Of a stretch of DNA of 64,000 nt, positions 60,356-64,000 are shown in pieces (position 1 is the stretch's first letter; every line of letters starts with the position of its first letter). Made by a program: the position numbers and the translations under genes. The notes under the pieces were generated by a model. That model was not told the DNA's origin and did no database searches. It was given only the letters and a program-made list of their open reading frames with translations. Source of the DNA: Pseudomonadota bacterium (GTDB taxonomy: Bacteria; Pseudomonadota; Alphaproteobacteria; UBA1280; JAAZVW01); the NCBI GenBank assembly GCA_018623135.1, contig JAAZVW010000002.1:5447-69446 (forward strand), written 5' to 3'.

Positions 60356-60868
60356 TTACGCCGCTTCAGATGATAAGCGACCATCTAACCATTTTAGAAC
60401 AACTTCTGCTGTTTCCTCAGGTGTCTGTGTCGAATTATCCACAATATAATCTGCAAACTCTGGGTTTTGGTAACCTTTTTCGTACATATCGCGGATACGT
60501 GTACGTTCCCAGTTAGAAAGAATACGATCCCCACGATCATTTGAACACACCTCTGCAGAAGGCGCCATAACGATACAATAAAAGTCATGTCCGTTTGCTT
60601 CGTAAGCGGCTTTCATGTTGTCAAAATCTTGTTCATAAACAACACCAGAAAGAATAACATCATGACCAATAGCTGCTGATTTCAAACCAGATTCTGTTAA
60701 GTAAGCCATTGTTTTTTCAATAAGTTCAGAAAGTTCTGCCGATTGATGCTTACGTGATTCTTGGTCTGCATCATAGTAAGAACAACCTTCTAGCTTTTCT
60801 GCTAAAATTTGTGCAACTGTTGTTTTGCCTGAGTTCATTGGGCCGTTAATTAATACGATTGTGCTCAT
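60356..60868 (-). CDS. P-loop NTPase / small-molecule kinase-like protein (170 aa)
   Basis: Walker A GPMNSGKTT at the N-terminus. Its size is typical of AAA_33 / shikimate-kinase-like folds. Confidence 0.6.
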   Translation of the reverse strand: MSTIVLINGPMNSGKTTVAQILAEKLEGCSYYDADQESRKHQSAELSELIEKTMAYLTESGLKSAAIGHDVILSGVVYEQDFDNMKAAYEANGHDFYCIVMAPSAEVCSNDRGDRILSNWERTRIRDMYEKGYQNPEFADYIVDNSTQTPEETAEVVLKWLDGRLSSEAA

Positions 60869-60953
60869 TGCTGTATCCTTAAATTCTCTGTCTAATTTTG
60901 ACTTAAAATATTATAACACTCTTCAGTTCATCTTAGCAAATATTGCTTATTGC

Positions 60954-61931
60954 TTACGCCTTTGCCTTTCTTAATATTTTCAACAAAATAAGAGTGATAG
61001 AGCTTAAGGTAATAACACAGCCTGCCAAAATACTTGGCAAACTCATATGAAAAGGTAAAAGCCCTAAAGATGGGATTAAAGAAGCGACACTTTCAAAAAA
61101 CAATGTTGAAAACGGAATAAACGTAAGCACAAGCATATAGTTTTCCGTTTTAAGCAATCTTAAGCTTAGTAAAGAAGCGTAAAAAGCAGGTGCACGTAAA
61201 ACAAGCCCCACAACAACAGCTGCAATAAGTAACTCTTTAGATAAAAACATATCTAGTGTTGGCAAACCTTCAATGGCCGAGGCGATCAGCGGCATGTTTT
61301 CTGGCACAGGCGCAAATTTAAAGCAAAAAACAGCAAGCATCATAATAAGAGAGGTGACGAGCATAACAATACCCGTAAATAAGCTTCGGCCTCTAAAGCC
61401 AATAGAGGTTTGTGCTTCTGGATGTTTTTCCATAAGACCTGTCATAATAGAAAAAAGCAAAGAAGAACACACCAGCACAATTACATGAGAGCTCATAAAT
61501 CCATTTGGTTGTACATAAGCAAGCCAAGCTACAGCGGCCGTAATAAGCAGGTATATAGGTAAGTCTTGTAGTTTTGGCACACGTTTAAACATAAAGTAAC
61601 CAACAAACAAACTCATAACAACATTAATGCAATTAATGAAAGTCGCCTCAGTCGCACTCATACCTTTTAAAGCGTACATAAACATAATAATAGCGCAAAG
61701 CCTTAAAAAGCCGTATGCCCATGTGTAACCATTTTTAAGTGTTTTAAGTGCTTTAATTTTACTATGACTCTGAAAGCCAATAACTGTAAGAAATAAACCT
61801 GCCACAAGCATATGTGTTAAAGCAAAAGCCCAAACATTTAAATCATACACCACAAACAAGTGGCGTGTTGAAGCATTAAATGCGCCCCACAGCATAACCG
61901 CTAATAAACCGATATAAATTCCACGTTCCAA
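60954..61931 (-). CDS. DMT-superfamily (EamA-like) 10-TM transporter
   Basis: About ten hydrophobic segments in two repeat halves. Confidence 0.6.
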   Translation of the reverse strand: MERGIYIGLLAVMLWGAFNASTRHLFVVYDLNVWAFALTHMLVAGLFLTVIGFQSHSKIKALKTLKNGYTWAYGFLRLCAIIMFMYALKGMSATEATFINCINVVMSLFVGYFMFKRVPKLQDLPIYLLITAAVAWLAYVQPNGFMSSHVIVLVCSSLLFSIMTGLMEKHPEAQTSIGFRGRSLFTGIVMLVTSLIMMLAVFCFKFAPVPENMPLIASAIEGLPTLDMFLSKELLIAAVVVGLVLRAPAFYASLLSLRLLKTENYMLVLTFIPFSTLFFESVASLIPSLGLLPFHMSLPSILAGCVITLSSITLILLKILRKAKA

Positions 61932-62019
61932 AATAAAATTCCCTTAATACAGCCTCAATAACACATCAATAATTTATGTGCTAAAAGCATAAGAACAAAC
62001 AGAGTAAATTACAAGGCAT

Positions 62020-62047
62020 AAAAAAAGCGCCAAACGGCGCTTTTTTA
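62020..62047. terminator. bidirectional rho-independent terminator
   Basis: Stem gcgcc/ggcgc (62027-62031 / 62036-62040), flanked by an A7 run and a T6 run. Confidence 0.7.
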
Positions 62048-62065
62048 AGAATAAATGACTGTAAA

Positions 62066-62881
62066 CTATCTGCAGTATCTAAATTCTGCACGCTTACATG
62101 TTTTATAACCACATCTAATTCGTGTAGAGCCTGCATAACATTTACTACCTTTTAAGCAATAAGTACCGCCTTGAGCATCACAATCGGCACGCCCATCTCG
62201 GCTACTACCGCCTGAACGGTCTTTACCACTCCAAGTACCAATATCACAAGAAACTTTAGTTGAACCCTTATAACAACCTCTTGGGATACCAGCAAGGTTC
62301 AATACCGTACCTGTTGTACAAGTCGCATTTTTTGTATAAGTATCTGCATAGCTAGAAGCTGGTACATTCTTATAGCGCGTTACTTTTATACTAGAGCTAG
62401 TCCCTGCTTGTATTTGAAAGTAATCCGCATATACATAGCCTTCTTGTATCGTACCTGTAGAGTTATTAAACTTAGCATAATGCCACTGGCCTTTAGAATA
62501 GTTACCACTTTTAGCAGAGGCATAACAAAAAGCATTTTCAGCTGAAATATCTTCACCTGTTACAGGGTTATAGTACGTACATTCATTACTTGTTAAACCT
62601 AATTTTCTGCAAAGTAATGCCATCTGACGCGTCAGCATATTAATCGCTTCATCTTTACGCGTAATTTCAGTACGCATCGTTTCTAGATTATCTCTAACAT
62701 CGTTCACTTTACCATCAATAGCGCCACGTTCTTGCGCATCTCTTTCTTGGCGAATTTTATTTAATGCTTCCAAATTCACACGTTCATTTACAGCTTGCCC
62801 ACCTGTCATCACAAATGCAAAGCCTGAAATACTACAAAAAATAAATGCAGCTAATAATAAGCTGAACCTGATAGAACCCAT
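62066..62881 (-). CDS. signal-anchored coiled-coil protein with a Cys/Tyr/Thr/Gly-rich C-terminal domain (271 aa)
   Basis: N-terminal hydrophobic anchor, a coiled coil of about 60 aa, then a domain with 12 Cys that includes KVSCDIGTWSG. Confidence 0.65.
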   Translation of the reverse strand: MGSIRFSLLLAAFIFCSISGFAFVMTGGQAVNERVNLEALNKIRQERDAQERGAIDGKVNDVRDNLETMRTEITRKDEAINMLTRQMALLCRKLGLTSNECTYYNPVTGEDISAENAFCYASAKSGNYSKGQWHYAKFNNSTGTIQEGYVYADYFQIQAGTSSSIKVTRYKNVPASSYADTYTKNATCTTGTVLNLAGIPRGCYKGSTKVSCDIGTWSGKDRSGGSSRDGRADCDAQGGTYCLKGSKCYAGSTRIRCGYKTCKRAEFRYCR

Positions 62882-63016
62882 AACCTTAGTCTCCCTTTAC
62901 GGTTTGTTACCTAATTATATATAAAACTTCCCAGGCAAATAAACAAGACTTTCCTTGACCTTAATCCTAAAAAAACGCATATTTAAGCCATCTAATGATG
63001 TAGGAGATAAATATTT

Positions 63017-63268
63017 ATGATTACAACAGAACAAGTTGCATCACTTATTCAAAGCGGCATGCCTAATGCCCAAGTTAAAGTGTTAGACCCTCATAACGAC
63101 CAAACTCACTTACAAGCCATTGTTATAAGTGATGATTTTAAAGGCCTAAACCGTGTCCAACAACACCGTTTAGTGTATAAAGCACTTGGTGACGCTTTTA
63201 GCGGCCCTCTACATGCATTACAATTGCAAACTCTTACACCAGAAGAAGCTGAAAAGCTTATTAAATAA
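63017..63268 (+). CDS. bolA: BolA-family protein
   Basis: 83-aa BolA pattern (FKGLNRVQQHRLVYKAL...LHALQL), adjacent to grxD. Confidence 0.85.
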   Translation: MITTEQVASLIQSGMPNAQVKVLDPHNDQTHLQAIVISDDFKGLNRVQQHRLVYKALGDAFSGPLHALQLQTLTPEEAEKLIK

Positions 63269-63285
63269 TAAATAAGGATAAAAAA

Positions 63286-63606
63286 ATGGCTCCAGAACTT
63301 AAACAAGTATTTGATGAACTCATTCAAAACCATAAAGTCGTTCTTTTCATGAAAGGTGACCTTAACTTCCCTATGTGCGGTTTTTCAGCACGCGCCGTAC
63401 AAGCCCTGCAAGTAGCTGGCGCAAAAGATATTAAAGCCATTAATGTGCTAGAAGATGATGACATCCGTGAAGGCGTTAAAGAATATTCTAACTGGCCAAC
63501 AATTCCTCAGCTTTATCTAGATGGTGAATTTATCGGCGGTAGCGATATTATTATTGAAATGCTACAAAATGGTGAACTTAACACAGCAATTGAAAAGCTA
63601 AATTAA
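63286..63606 (+). CDS. grxD: monothiol glutaredoxin Grx4/GrxD
   Basis: CGFS active site (PMCGFS), WPTIPQLY and GGSDI motifs. Confidence 0.93.
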   Translation: MAPELKQVFDELIQNHKVVLFMKGDLNFPMCGFSARAVQALQVAGAKDIKAINVLEDDDIREGVKEYSNWPTIPQLYLDGEFIGGSDIIIEMLQNGELNTAIEKLN

Positions 63607-63619
63607 CCTCACCTCTTTA

Positions 63620-63652
63620 CAAAAAAGGCTCGCCATTTGCGAGCCTTTTTTA
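63620..63652. terminator. bidirectional rho-independent terminator
   Basis: Stem ggctcgc/gcgagcc (63627-63633 / 63639-63645), flanked by an A6 run and a T6 run. Confidence 0.8.
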
Positions 63653-63676
63653 TTTTGTTTAGTTCATAAAACACCC

Positions 63677-64000
63677 CTAATTAGAAGCACTTACAAATTT
63701 CCAGGTGCCATCCTTACACGTAGCAACACAATTTGTATAATTGGTTGTTGAATAGTTATAGGTGTATGAACAACTAGATGTTCTCTGTCCGTCATGAAAT
63801 GCCAGATCCAAACTCGTAAATGTATAATTTTTCCTAAACCATACATTGTTATCAGAAAGGGTTATATTTGTTGTAGCTGCGCATTTTGCATAAGTTGTAT
63901 AGCTAACACTGTACACACCACCCCAAGTCTCATTATCTCTACAATCAACTTTCCCACTGTATTTTCTACTACCATAATCACATGAAAACGTATACGTATT
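63677..64000 (-). CDS. Cys/Tyr/Thr-rich protein, 3' part only (the ORF runs off the window edge)
   Basis: The frame stays open from 63916 to 64000 (NTYTFSCDYGSRKYSGKVDCRDNETWGGV...). It shares KVxC...TWxG and CxxGTW motifs with the 62066-62881 protein. Confidence 0.55.
   Translation of the reverse strand, partial: NTYTFSCDYGSRKYSGKVDCRDNETWGGVYSVSYTTYAKCAATTNITLSDNNVWFRKNYTFTSLDLAFHDGQRTSSCSYTYNYSTTNYTNCVATCKDGTWKFVSASN

Noticed and set aside
1-64000. CRISPR arrays, rRNA or tRNA genes, transposases, integrons, and known toxin-antitoxin or restriction-modification systems
   Set aside because: I saw no spaced direct-repeat arrays, no tRNA T-loop or rRNA signatures in the intergenic regions, and no transposase, Cas or restriction-enzyme motifs in any translated ORF. 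The only nuclease-like gene is the small stand-alone HNH protein.

Overview
This 64-kb window is AT-rich (about 40% GC by eye) and looks like an alphaproteobacterial chromosome. All protein calls come from reading motifs in the supplied translations; no database search was run.

Most of the window is conserved housekeeping:
- lipA, then a pdhA-pdhB-pdhC-lpdA pyruvate dehydrogenase block with ftsB and eno
- glbN, secG, tpiA, a ppiD-like gene and mnmA
- a full ISC iron-sulfur operon: iscR, a nifS-like gene, iscS, iscU, iscA, hscB, hscA, fdx, iscX
- anmK, accA, xerD, a corC-like gene and a peptide ABC importer
- recX, recA, mpl, bolA and grxD

I found no rRNA, tRNA, CRISPR array, transposase or prophage.

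The most unusual feature is an 11-gene, tightly coupled chemosensory operon (48823-58640). Its order is STAS, MCP, CheY, CheA, CheW, CheR, CheD, CheB, STAS, an RsbW-like kinase and a receiver-PP2C phosphatase. No sigma factor or flagellar gene is nearby. This suggests a Che pathway whose output is a partner-switching module.

Other points worth a second look:
- a GC-rich nested palindrome of about 105 nt in the 3' tail of that operon
- two related Cys/Tyr/Thr-rich secreted proteins flanking bolA-grxD
- an AT-rich methyltransferase plus glycosyltransferase-like pair, next to an HNH gene and an unknown gene
- an HscB with a mitochondrial-type Cys4 N-terminus
- tandem LysE-like paralogs inserted between lipA and lpdA
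- a divergent CDF transporter pair, one lacking the cytoplasmic domain, with an adjacent 24-codon hydrophobic ORF
- a peptide ABC importer with no ATPase genes

Several ORF-track starts were moved to internal start codons where a conserved N-terminus and a ribosome-binding site support the shorter form.
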